Origin: a virus
Lineage: Duplodnaviria; Caudoviricetes
Virus record (IMG/VR): IMGVR_UViG_3300005529_000041
Span: 1-60,778 of that record
Strand: one strand, 5' to 3'
DNA: 60,778 nucleotides
The position numbers and the translations under genes are program-made. Shown here piece after piece: positions 9,053 through 17,856 of the stretch (positions are counted from its first letter, which is position 1; each line of letters opens with the position of its first letter). A model generated the notes under the pieces. That model was not told the origin of the DNA, ran no database searches, and saw nothing but the letters and a program-made list of their open reading frames with translations.

Positions 9053-9166
9053 CTAATGCAGCCTCCCCGTTGCCAGAACGAAGCACAAAGCTCCAAAGAT
9101 CGGCCCGATCATGCACAGCGCCGTGATCTGAGCCACAATCCACCAGAACTGCTGATTGTCGTCCAT
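9053..9166 (-). CDS. Small membrane peptide
   Basis: MDDNQQFWWIVAQITALCMIGPIFGALCFVLATGRLH*. Confidence 0.5.
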   Translation of the reverse strand: MDDNQQFWWIVAQITALCMIGPIFGALCFVLATGRLH

Positions 9167-9192
9167 TGTCTGTGTCCCTAGTGTTTTGAGTT

Positions 9193-9314
9193 GGCGGCCG
9201 GACTCCCCCAAGTGCCCCTCTGAGAAGCCCGGCCGCCCCGTTGTGCGCTAGCGGAGACCAACCCCCGCATCTGGGTCTGCGACGCCACGCACTTCGGCCC
9301 CCCGCTCGGCCGAA
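9193..9314 (-). ncRNA. Candidate structured RNA (three back-to-back hairpins)
   Basis: Stems 9193-9237, 9243-9292 and 9293-9314 fill the intergenic gap. Confidence 0.4.
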
Positions 9315-9315
9315 C

Positions 9316-9992
<677 letters not shown>

Positions 9993-9996
<4 letters not shown>

Positions 9997-10289
9997 CTGC
10001 TCCAAGGGGCTTTCTCCCAGCGCTCGATTGCTTCCGGCGTGCATTCGGCGACACAGGTGATGTCGCGAAGCTCGATATTTGCGGCGGGGCCGATGCGCGC
10101 CCCATCGATTGGGCCGTTGCTGGCGAGGCCGAGGAAACCCTTCTGGTTGGCCGGCCAGTAGATGCAATTCCTGGCGCTTCGCAGCTTGATTGTCGCACCG
10201 TCCGTCTCGGTCGCGTAGCCGAAGAACACGCCGCGATGCTGCGTCGTTACGAGCACCGCCTTCTCTTTCCCGTTGGGTTTACTTGCCAT
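9993..10289 (-). CDS. DUF6948-like protein (possible Sm-like beta fold)
   Basis: VLVTTQHRGVFFG...IKLRSARNCIYW...GLASNGP. Confidence 0.7.
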
Positions 10290-10510
10290 TACGCAATCCT
10301 TTCTTGCTGCCGATGAATTGATGGGACTGACGCCACTACTTTCTGTTTCTTCTTCCCGCCTTCGCGATAAATCCGGTAGCCGGCCTCGCTCAAGAGCCGC
10401 TCAATGATGAGGGCGGCATGGTCGGGGTTGCAGGCTCTGGCCTCGGCTCTTGCATAGGCGCGCGAAAGCTCCAGAATCATGCGGGCGCGGGCTTGTGGAT
10501 TCGGAGCCAT
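10289..10510 (-). CDS. Hypothetical protein
   Basis: TAATG coupling to the downstream gene. Confidence 0.6.
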   Translation of the reverse strand: MAPNPQARARMILELSRAYARAEARACNPDHAALIIERLLSEAGYRIYREGGKKKQKVVASVPSIHRQQERIA

Positions 10511-10511
10511 G

Positions 10512-10607
10512 TCAGAAAATCCCGTTGGGAAAGAGCGAGGAGCCGAAGGCCATGATGCCGATTGCCCAGAGAGCCAGCGCTAGGCCGCATAGAAGGGTGC
10601 GGATCAT
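10512..10607 (-). CDS. Small membrane peptide
   Basis: MIRTLLCGLALALWAIGIMAFGSSLFPNGIF*. Confidence 0.5.
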   Translation of the reverse strand: MIRTLLCGLALALWAIGIMAFGSSLFPNGIF

Positions 10608-10684
10608 TGCGCCGGCCACTCGTCCAGGCCCTCGTCGTCGGTGAAGGTCGAGGCCGAGGATTGAACCCGCACAATGCTATTCAT
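10604..10684 (-). CDS. Small acidic peptide, first gene of the PL operon
   Basis: GGAGG RBS; MNSIVRVQSSASTFTDDEGLDEWPAQ*; ATGA coupling. Confidence 0.45.
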   Translation of the reverse strand: MNSIVRVQSSASTFTDDEGLDEWPAQ

Positions 10685-10708
10685 CCGTCCCTCCGTGCAA
10701 TCCGGTGA

Positions 10709-10802
10709 TCACCGAGGCGGTGAGATCGAGGGAGACGATCGCCGCTGTCGTCGTGGCGGGTTGGGGAGCGTCAGAACGAGCAGACGGCCACCGCCTCGGT
10801 GA
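10709..10802 (-). promoter_or_regulatory. Long stem-loop in the PL leader
   Basis: 14-bp perfect inverted repeat TCACCGAGGCGGTG (10709-10722) / CACCGCCTCGGTGA (10789-10802). Confidence 0.6.
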
Positions 10803-10810
10803 CAGGAGGG

Positions 10811-10862
10811 ATATTGCGCTTATCGCAATTTCAGGTCAAGCACGAACTTGCGACTTTCGCAA
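10811..10862 (-). promoter_or_regulatory. PL promoter with two operators (OL)
   Basis: Minus-strand TTGACC-N17-CAATAT; palindromes TTGCG-N5-CGCAA at 10814-10828 and 10848-10862. Confidence 0.8.
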
Positions 10863-10916
10863 TTATGTTTGCGCAATGCGGGCCCACGTGACAAAATGGC
10901 CACGGGGAAAGCTGGC

Positions 10917-11636
10917 CTAGAAGCTGGTGGGCGTGAAAAACCCGACGACGACGCCGCGGAGCTCGACCTTCTCTTCGGGATCGGTGGAGGGGTATGGAAT
11001 GGCTGCCGTATCAGTCCCCTTGCCATTCAGGGGGCGCAATTCGATCTTGCCGCGGGAGATGTGGACGGTGCGGAGCGTGTCCTCGTAGACGCTTCCCCGC
11101 GTGCGCCGCACATGCACGGTGTCGTTGGCGCGCGGATGCTGACGAATGTCGCCGAAGCGGACGCAGATGACATAGCGGCCGTCAGCCTCGATCTTGCAGG
11201 CGTATTGATGCATCCCTCCAAGGCGTGGATCGTATGAAGGCGGGACGCGTTCTGCTAATGCCACGGATGCCCCCAACTCTCGCCATACGCTCGGCGCTAT
11301 AATTGCCTCGATCTTGACGCGGGGAGGCATTGTCTCCTCTTCCCCCAAGGAACTGCTCGGGGCCCTGCGTCTGTTGTTGCTCTCTGCTCGCGGCCCGAAT
11401 AGCTGAATAACTTCAGCAGGCACTTCAGTCTCAAGGTAGGCTGCGATGGCTCGCACCTCCTCGAGTTGGATGCGGCGCTGGTTCTTCATCATACGCGATA
11501 CCTGTGATGGATTCCTGCCGAGAGCGGCAGCCAGCCCCGCTTGGTTGTACTCCTTCCCTCTCTTCTTCACGCAATCATGAAGCCACTTCATCAGCTCGGG
11601 CGGATTGCCCGCTGACCCCCTCCGCCGCTTTGCCAT
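10917..11636 (-). CDS. CI-like XRE repressor
   Basis: HTH NQAGLAAALGRNPSQVSRM...RRIQLEEV; S24-like beta C-terminus; divergent from cro. Confidence 0.85.
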   Translation of the reverse strand: MAKRRRGSAGNPPELMKWLHDCVKKRGKEYNQAGLAAALGRNPSQVSRMMKNQRRIQLEEVRAIAAYLETEVPAEVIQLFGPRAESNNRRRAPSSSLGEEETMPPRVKIEAIIAPSVWRELGASVALAERVPPSYDPRLGGMHQYACKIEADGRYVICVRFGDIRQHPRANDTVHVRRTRGSVYEDTLRTVHISRGKIELRPLNGKGTDTAAIPYPSTDPEEKVELRGVVVGFFTPTSF

Positions 11637-11706
11637 GGCGCGCTGCCCCCAACCTTGATCACGGGGGTCCTATACGCGACACGGTGAGACATACAATGCC
11701 GCAACC

Positions 11707-11779
11707 GTGGGAAAACCGCAACTAGAGCGTTGCGATTATCCCAAAGTAGCTTGACAGCAACTTGCGGTTTCTGCAACAT
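11707..11779 (+). promoter_or_regulatory. PR promoter with three operators (OR)
   Basis: TTGACA(11751)-N17-CAACAT; operator variants at 11707-11721, 11730-11744 and 11762-11776. Confidence 0.8.
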
Positions 11780-11786
11780 TGCCTGC

Positions 11787-12053
11787 ATGAGCGAGCGGAA
11801 ATACCTCGACCCTGCCTACAGCCTCATCAAGGCAGCCGCAGAGAACGGTTCTCTTGGGAGGGGCATCGACGCGGTGGCGGAAATCGTCGGGCGAAACCGG
11901 ACCAACGTCTACCGTTGGATGATCCCAACGGAGCGCGGCGGAACGGGTGGCCTCATTCCCACTGCCGCGCGGCGCAAGCTCCACGAACACGCTCGCCAGC
12001 ATCGCGGGCCAGCTTGGCTCCAGAGCTTCTTTGGTGAGGCTATAGCGGCGTAA
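11787..12053 (+). CDS. Cro-like HTH protein
   Basis: GIDAVAEIVGRNRTNVYRW..P.ERGGTGGLIP. Confidence 0.85.
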   Translation: MSERKYLDPAYSLIKAAAENGSLGRGIDAVAEIVGRNRTNVYRWMIPTERGGTGGLIPTAARRKLHEHARQHRGPAWLQSFFGEAIAA

Positions 12054-12055
12054 CA

Positions 12056-12105
12056 CCTTGGATTTCCGACGCATTACTATCTTACGTTGCAGATAGTAAC
12101 CAAGG
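12056..12105 (+). terminator. Hairpin after cro (tR1-like)
   Basis: CCTTGG/CCAAGG plus TTACTATCT/AGATAGTAA stems; no clear U-tract. Confidence 0.4.
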
Positions 12106-12220
12106 TTAGCGTCAAAATCCAGTCAAGTTTCGTTCCTGTTGCGTTGCTGTTCCATCACGTCTGCGTGAAGTTGCGTCGCACACCAAGCATCAGCGTTCTG
12201 CGCGTCACCCTCGCAGCATC

Positions 12221-12417
12221 GGCGGGATGCCGAACCGACGTCCATCCCGCCGCTCTATAGCGAGGCTCGGGAAGCGGCTCCCAGCCGGGCCGAGGCTCTG
12301 CAGAGCCAAAGCCCTTGGCGCGCAGAACACTGGTGCTCGTGGTCCGTGTGGGGTGGGCGGCCGGGACGCCCTAACGAACGACCCCACATGGCGCGAGGCG
12401 ACCGGCGCGCGCCAAGG
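12221..12417 (+). ncRNA. Candidate structured RNA upstream of gcrA
   Basis: Stems GGCGGGATG/CATCCCGCC, CCTTGGCGCGC/GCGCGCCAAGG, CCGTGTGGGGT/ACCCCACATGG and others. Confidence 0.45.
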
Positions 12418-12472
12418 CATCAGTTCCAGTTGCGTCCTTGAGTTTTCCAACTCCACTGAGGGAAGCAAGGCC

Positions 12473-13045
12473 GTGAGCTGGACACCAGAGCGCGTCGAGA
12501 CGCTGAAAAAGCTTTGGGCTGACGGCCTCAGCTGCTCTCAGATCGCAATGCGAATGAGTTGCAGAGAGCACCATGTCACGCGCAACGGAGTGATCGGCAA
12601 GGTGCATCGCCTGGGGCTTGCTGGTCGCGTCACCCTGCAGCGCAAGACATACAAAGCCTGTCGTGGCTCTGGCAAGCGGACGCAAAAACCGCCGCGGCCA
12701 TCGCGATTTGTCTTTGGACATGCGCAACTTGCGATGGCCATGGGCAAGGCCATTGCCGCAGAGCGCGAGGCCATCCAAGCCGGCCCCGATCTCGACGTGC
12801 CCGAGCACGAGCGCGTCCATCTCCTGGACCTGGATCGCCACCACTGCCGCTGGCCGTACGGGGACGGCCCTTACACCTTCTGCGGCAAGCACAGGATTCC
12901 CGGCAGTTCCTATTGCGAGTTCCACGCGGCTCGCTCAGCGGCGGCCGTCCAGCCAAGGCGCACCACCGACCTCACCCAGATCGGCAAGCCTCTCAAGATC
13001 AGGACCATGCTGCCGCTCTCCGCCTTCGACAAGGAGCTTGCGTGA
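12473..13045 (+). CDS. gcrA: GcrA-family cell-cycle regulator
   Basis: SWTPERVETLKKLWADGLSCSQIA...TRNGVIGKVHRLGL; LLDL...CRWP.G...FCG...YC..H. Confidence 0.92.
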   Translation: MSWTPERVETLKKLWADGLSCSQIAMRMSCREHHVTRNGVIGKVHRLGLAGRVTLQRKTYKACRGSGKRTQKPPRPSRFVFGHAQLAMAMGKAIAAEREAIQAGPDLDVPEHERVHLLDLDRHHCRWPYGDGPYTFCGKHRIPGSSYCEFHAARSAAAVQPRRTTDLTQIGKPLKIRTMLPLSAFDKELA

Positions 13046-13272
13046 TGTCGCGCTTACCTTCGAAAAAACCGCGCGTCCTTGAACTTCACGATGCTGGCCT
13101 GAGCAATCCGCAAATCGCAGAGCGTCTTGGATGCAGCCAAGCTTACATCCGAGCGACGCTGCAGCGTGCCAAATTTGGCGGCTCCAGGCCCATCGATCTC
13201 GTTCACGGTGGCCGGAAAAAACCCGCGAAGGGCAGGAAGCACCGCTGGCCGGAAAGAATGGAGATCGCGTGA
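13045..13272 (+). CDS. Small HTH protein
   Basis: VLELHDAGLSNPQIAERLGCSQAYIR. Confidence 0.75.
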   Translation: MSRLPSKKPRVLELHDAGLSNPQIAERLGCSQAYIRATLQRAKFGGSRPIDLVHGGRKKPAKGRKHRWPERMEIA

Positions 13273-14282
13273 GCGTCCAGCCCAAAGCCTCGAGGATGGA
13301 GCGCCAGGTCCGCAACCAGGCGCGCGGCCTGTTTTGGGTCAGCGTCCTGTTGCTCATCTCTTGCGCCACCATGACCGGGCTGTTCGGCTGGAGCCAGGGC
13401 CGCACCCTGATCGAGAAGGCCGTCTTCCTGATCGGCCTCGTGGGTGCCGACCTCGGGGGCGCCTATCTCATGTCCACATCCGGCACGTGCTCCGCCAACA
13501 AGGAGCGCGGAGCTGCGGCCGGCGCCGCCGTGTTCGCCATGCTCTGCATGGTCCTGACCTTCACCGGCATCATCGGGTTCCAGAGCGAGAACCGTGAGAG
13601 CCAGGCCCAGGCGAGAGAGCGGGCGGCCAAGGTGGCAGAGAGCTTCGTCGATTGGGCCAAGAACACCACTGGCGAAGCCATGGCGCTCGAGAAGGTCAAG
13701 GAAGCCAAGAGCAAGGAGAAGCCCACCGGGGTCGCGTCGGCCTTCGCACTCGGCGTCGAGAACGTCGGCAAGGCTGTGGAGAAGCAAATCTCCATGCTGC
13801 AATCCGGAGAGCTCGCCGCAGTGGGCGATGGGCAAGCCACAACGATTGCCCGCATCACGGGTTTGCGCGAGGCCGACGCCAGGAGCTGGGCCATCAGCGG
13901 CACGTCGGCAGCGTTGCTTGTCATCCAGTACGCTTGCCTTTGGTATTACGGTTTCCTGCGGCACCGGATCGAGCCTGCCGTCACGTCCCTCAATCACGGT
14001 CCGCGAGCTTCCGAAAACGGCCGACACTTTCCGGACAGTGTCAGGAAAGTCGCCAAGCCCGAGGCCAAGTTGGACATACAGCAGCTGGTGGCCGCAAACA
14101 TCGAACTCTGCAACGAAGAATTGGCGGCAAGGTGGGGGGTTTCGGAGAGCGAAGCCAGCAAGTGGCAGTCCGAATTCGCCCGCGAGGGTCTGATGCGCCG
14201 TGTTCAGCGCGGGCGCCGCAAGGTCGCCGTCGCCCCGCTGCGCCAGATCAACGGCAATGGAGCCCATCTCAGCAGTGCGTAG
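13269..14282 (+). CDS. Multi-pass membrane protein with coiled coil and C-terminal winged HTH
   Basis: About 4 hydrophobic helices; NEELAARWGVSESEASKW at the C-terminus. Confidence 0.75.
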   Translation: MSVQPKASRMERQVRNQARGLFWVSVLLLISCATMTGLFGWSQGRTLIEKAVFLIGLVGADLGGAYLMSTSGTCSANKERGAAAGAAVFAMLCMVLTFTGIIGFQSENRESQAQARERAAKVAESFVDWAKNTTGEAMALEKVKEAKSKEKPTGVASAFALGVENVGKAVEKQISMLQSGELAAVGDGQATTIARITGLREADARSWAISGTSAALLVIQYACLWYYGFLRHRIEPAVTSLNHGPRASENGRHFPDSVRKVAKPEAKLDIQQLVAANIELCNEELAARWGVSESEASKWQSEFAREGLMRRVQRGRRKVAVAPLRQINGNGAHLSSA

Positions 14283-14287
14283 AAACG

Positions 14288-14318
14288 GCAAACCCCGCCT
14301 TGCCAGGACGGGGTTTGC
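14288..14318 (+). terminator. Hairpin, possible terminator
   Basis: GCAAACCCCG/CGGGGTTTGC 10-bp stem right after the stop codon. Confidence 0.5.
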
Positions 14319-14377
14319 GATCTGCCCGAGGTTTGCGTTGGCGGCCGGTGGAACGGCCTAACCAGAAAGGTCAACAC

Positions 14378-15808
14378 ATGCAAAGATACACAATAGAGAG
14401 CGTGCCGTCAACAGCCGATCCACAAGTTGAGCCGGCGCGCGTTCCCTACAACCTCGATGCCGAGCAAGCGGTCCTCGGATGCCTGCTCGTTTGGAATGAT
14501 GCGTTCGAGGACGTTCCGTTCCTGCGCGCCGACCACTTCTACGACCCGCTGCACCAGGCGATTTATTCCAGCATCTATCGGACGGTGAAGGCAGGCCGAC
14601 TTGCTAACCCCGTAACGCTCGCTTCGGAGTTTGAGCACGCAGAGAAGGTCGATAGGACCACCACTGTCCCGCAATACCTTGGTATGCTCGGCATCCACGC
14701 GGTGGCTCGCAAGCATGTCACCGAATACGCGCAAAGCGTGGTGGATCTCGCCACCAGGCGAAGCATGGTCCTCATCGGCGAGGATATGCTGGAGGACGCA
14801 TGCCGGGCCTCCTATGACATCAGCCCACAGGTTCTGATCGAGGAGATCGAAGCGCGGCTTTCCTCGCTGGCGGAAGATGGTCGGCAAGAGCTTGAGCCAA
14901 CAAAGACATTCGCCCAAGCTGCAAACGCCTTCCTCGAGGACGCGCGGGCTACGGCAGACGGCAAGCGCACTGGGCTTTCCACTGGATTTGTCGATCTGGA
15001 CGCCAAGCTCGGCGGCCTGCAAAGCACCGACCTGATCGTCCTCGCCGGCCGCCCATCGATGGGCAAGACCGCGCTGGCGACCAACATCGCCTTCCATGTG
15101 GCTCGTTCGCAGGCTCCCGTGCACTTCTTCTCGCTGGAGATGTCCGACAAGCAGATCGCCGGCCGCATCTTAGGCGAAGAGATCGAGGTTTCAGCGGGGG
15201 TGTTCCGACGCTCATCAACCGGAGCGCGCAGTCACATTCAGAAGCTGGCAGAAGCCGTCAAAGACCTTGCCGACGTACCGCTCTATCTGGATGACGTGGG
15301 CGGCCCGACGATTGCTCAGCTTGTCGCCAGGGCGCGGCGCGTCAAGCGCCGGCACAAGATCGGCCTGATCGTGGTGGATTACCTGCAGCTCATGCAGGCT
15401 TCGCGCCGTCGCGAGAACCGCGTCCAGGATATCACCGAGATCACCACCGGCCTCAAGGCGCTGGCCAAGGAGCTCCACGTTCCCGTCATCGCCCTTTCGC
15501 AGCTCTCGCGCGAGGTCGAGAAGCGCGACAACAAACGCCCACAACTGTCGGATTTGCGTGAGTCCGGCTCGATTGAGCAGGACGCCGACGTTGTGCTCTT
15601 CGTCTATCGCGACGAGTACTATCTTGAGCGCAAAGAGCCTCAGATCGCGGATGCCGGATATGGCGATTGGCTCAGGCAAATGGAAGCTGCCCGCGGCAAA
15701 GCCACGGTCATTGTGGGCAAGCATCGTCATGGTGAACTCGGCTCGATCGATCTTTCCTTCACTGGCGAACTGACTAGGTTTGGCAATCTGGCGAGGGAGG
15801 CACGCTGA
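14378..15808 (+). CDS. dnaB: Replicative DNA helicase
   Basis: PYNLDAEQAVLG, AGRPSMGKT, FSLEMS, VVDYLQL, LSQLSR, DLRESGSIEQDAD; AGAAAGG RBS before ATG 14378. Confidence 0.97.
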   Translation: MQRYTIESVPSTADPQVEPARVPYNLDAEQAVLGCLLVWNDAFEDVPFLRADHFYDPLHQAIYSSIYRTVKAGRLANPVTLASEFEHAEKVDRTTTVPQYLGMLGIHAVARKHVTEYAQSVVDLATRRSMVLIGEDMLEDACRASYDISPQVLIEEIEARLSSLAEDGRQELEPTKTFAQAANAFLEDARATADGKRTGLSTGFVDLDAKLGGLQSTDLIVLAGRPSMGKTALATNIAFHVARSQAPVHFFSLEMSDKQIAGRILGEEIEVSAGVFRRSSTGARSHIQKLAEAVKDLADVPLYLDDVGGPTIAQLVARARRVKRRHKIGLIVVDYLQLMQASRRRENRVQDITEITTGLKALAKELHVPVIALSQLSREVEKRDNKRPQLSDLRESGSIEQDADVVLFVYRDEYYLERKEPQIADAGYGDWLRQMEAARGKATVIVGKHRHGELGSIDLSFTGELTRFGNLAREAR

Positions 15809-16029
15809 TGACCTTCCTTGTACTCGGCTACATCCCCGACAACGCCGATGATGATCGCGACGGAGTACATACGCCGCTGCGCTCCGATGGTCATTATTTC
15901 GACGAGGAATCCGCCGTTGGCGTCGCTGAACTGTGGCGGCGCAAGCGGCTAGACCCTCGCGAACGGATCGTTGTCGTCGAGATCGTGAACGATGATGCAG
16001 ACAGCGATGGAGGCGACAATGGCCTCTAA
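15808..16029 (+). CDS. Hypothetical protein
   Basis: TGATG coupling to dnaB. Confidence 0.6.
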   Translation: MTFLVLGYIPDNADDDRDGVHTPLRSDGHYFDEESAVGVAELWRRKRLDPRERIVVVEIVNDDADSDGGDNGL

Positions 16030-17161
16030 TCGCTGGGTAGCTATCGATCCCGACATTCTGACCCATCCCCTCGTTGGCGCCGGCCAGCCCGTCGCGCCAG
16101 CAGACCCGAGCCGCGGCGCCTATTCCCGGATGGAGGCATGGGTCTGGATCATCTGCAACGCATCTTTCGCGGACCATACCGTCACCAACCGCGGGCGGAA
16201 GATGACGCTGAAGCGGGGCGACCTGCTGGGCGCATGGGCTTTCCTGGCTCATACGTTCAACTGGAGCGCCAAAACGGTACGGGCTTGGGTAGACAGGCTG
16301 ATCGAGGACAACATGCTCCAGCGTCGCGCTATCGAAGGCCAGAAGGCCACGAGCGCAGACGCTGATGACGATACCCAGTTCTACGGCAACCAGGCGACAA
16401 TCCTGGCTGTGGTAAACTACTGGAGGTTTCAATTCGACGGCGATACTACTTGCGCCGACAACAAGGGCAACCAAAAGGGCAACCAGTTGGGCAACCAGTT
16501 GGGCAACCAGTCTGCCGAGCTAAGTGCCTCACAAATCGCAGATAAATACATCTTGCAGCCGCAACAAGGGCAACCAGTTGGGCAACCAGTTGGGCAACCA
16601 AAAGGGCAACACATAACAATAGATACTCTAACTACTGTAGAGTCTAATAACAGAGGTTTGTCCGAAGCGAGTTCGGACGAGAAGGCCAAAAAGCCGAAGC
16701 GGAAGCGGCGGGAAACGCCCTACTCGGAAGCCTTCGAGGTCTTCTGGGCCGGATATCCCGATATCACCAACAACTCGAAGCCTAGAGCATTCGAGCAATG
16801 GGAGCGGCTGGGCGAGCCCGACCAGAACGCCGCCGTTACCAGCCTTCCGGCTTTCAATGCCTACTGTCGGAAGAACCCCGACTATCGATGCGTGCACGCC
16901 GAGCGATATCTGCGCGATCGTCGCTGGGAAAGCCATCTGCAGTCGCAGAGTTCTGTGCCCTGGTGGAAGGACAGCAAGCAGATCGCCCAGCTTACGCGGG
17001 ATCGCTGGCTGACCGGCATATCGAAATACGCCAACGGCGTGTGGGATGTCGGAAAGCTTGGGCCGCCACCAGGTCACCCGGAGTGCATCGTTCCGCCAGA
17101 ACTCGTGGCCGAAATGAGGTTGGCGGAAATCTACAACGAGAAGGGACTGAGGCGGCAATGA
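16019..17161 (+). CDS. Replication initiator (lambda O-like position)
   Basis: N-terminal wHTH (LAHTFNWSAKTVRAWVDRL), internal iterons, FEVFWAGYP...YLRDRRW C-domain; GGAGG RBS. Confidence 0.8.
   Translation: MASNRWVAIDPDILTHPLVGAGQPVAPADPSRGAYSRMEAWVWIICNASFADHTVTNRGRKMTLKRGDLLGAWAFLAHTFNWSAKTVRAWVDRLIEDNMLQRRAIEGQKATSADADDDTQFYGNQATILAVVNYWRFQFDGDTTCADNKGNQKGNQLGNQLGNQSAELSASQIADKYILQPQQGQPVGQPVGQPKGQHITIDTLTTVESNNRGLSEASSDEKAKKPKRKRRETPYSEAFEVFWAGYPDITNNSKPRAFEQWERLGEPDQNAAVTSLPAFNAYCRKNPDYRCVHAERYLRDRRWESHLQSQSSVPWWKDSKQIAQLTRDRWLTGISKYANGVWDVGKLGPPPGHPECIVPPELVAEMRLAEIYNEKGLRRQ
16463..16613 (+). repeat. Origin iterons: 2 x 4 copies of 12-bp WWGGGCAACCAR
   Basis: Copies at 16463, 16475, 16487, 16499 and 16566, 16578, 16590, 16602, followed by an AT-rich tract. 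Confidence 0.85.
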
Positions 17162-17280
17162 TCGAGCTTCAAGAGCGAGAGCTGCTGGCCGATCTCTCCC
17201 GCGCATTGGAGACCGGCAGGAACGTCGAAGACGCAAGGCAAGCGCTGCGCGCCTTCTATTCGCAACTCGGCATGTACTGA
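17158..17280 (+). CDS. Hypothetical protein
   Basis: ATGA coupling; MIELQERELL... Confidence 0.55.
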   Translation: MIELQERELLADLSRALETGRNVEDARQALRAFYSQLGMY

Positions 17281-17289
17281 GAGGCGGGA

Positions 17290-17490
17290 ATGACCATTGA
17301 GCACCATGACAATCGGCCAGCATTTGCAAAGTTTCTCTGGCGCGATACGACGCAAGAGCACTGGGCGTATTCCCTAGCGGTGGACGCGCTTGTCATGGCG
17401 GCGTGGTGGGGCAGCGTCGCTGCGGTCGCCTACGTGACGCGAGCATCGTGGATACACATGCTCGTCGGCGCCGTTTGCAGTCAATCGTGA
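17290..17490 (+). CDS. Small membrane protein
   Basis: GAGG RBS; hydrophobic segment. Confidence 0.55.
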   Translation: MTIEHHDNRPAFAKFLWRDTTQEHWAYSLAVDALVMAAWWGSVAAVAYVTRASWIHMLVGAVCSQS

Positions 17491-17501
17491 GGAGAGCAAG
17501 C

Positions 17502-17717
17502 ATGATCCCCCCATCCAACCTAGCAGAACGCGAAGAGGCGGCGAGGCTGTGGGAGGCCTGGCAGAAGGCTGAGGCGGCCCTGCAAGATGCTTCGCCGATG
17601 CTATCGGATGAAGATTACACCAAGCTGTGCAAGGCCGCCGTTGACGCCTGGGAAGCATTCAACAACCACCCACTCGCCGAAGAGTTGGAGCCAATCCTGC
17701 CGGAGGCAGCCGAATGA
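17502..17717 (+). CDS. Hypothetical protein
   Basis: GAGGAG RBS; helical acidic protein. Confidence 0.65.
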   Translation: MIPPSNLAEREEAARLWEAWQKAEAALQDASPMLSDEDYTKLCKAAVDAWEAFNNHPLAEELEPILPEAAE

Positions 17718-17803
17718 ACGTCCGCATCATCACGTGGGCGTCAATGGTCATTGTCCCGCTGTCGGCAATCGTTGCCGCAGCGCTGATCGCCTTCACGAGT
17801 TAG
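17714..17803 (+). CDS. Small membrane peptide
   Basis: MNVRIITWASMVIVPLSAIVAAALIAFTS*. Confidence 0.5.
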   Translation: MNVRIITWASMVIVPLSAIVAAALIAFTS

Positions 17804-17856
17804 TTGCGTCTCGCAGTGCGTTCCAAGTCCTTAACACAACAGCGGAGACGCAAGCC

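Noticed and set aside
12097-12110. CtrA box near cro
   Set aside because: TAACCAAGGTTA does not match TTAA-N7-TTAA and is explained by the hairpin
12227-12472. 82-aa N-terminal extension of GcrA
   Set aside because: GcrA homology starts at SWTPERV with GTG 12473 and a GAGGGA RBS; the upstream sequence is stem-rich and lacks codon bias
13652-14377. 242-aa N-terminal extension of DnaB
   Set aside because: Overlaps the real membrane-protein gene and a hairpin; the RBS supports ATG 14378
15805-16368. Additional hammerheads at other CTGATGA matches (e.g. 15805, 16362, also about 40613)
   Set aside because: Lie in coding sequence or TGATG gene junctions and lack the stem II-GAAA-stem III arrangement
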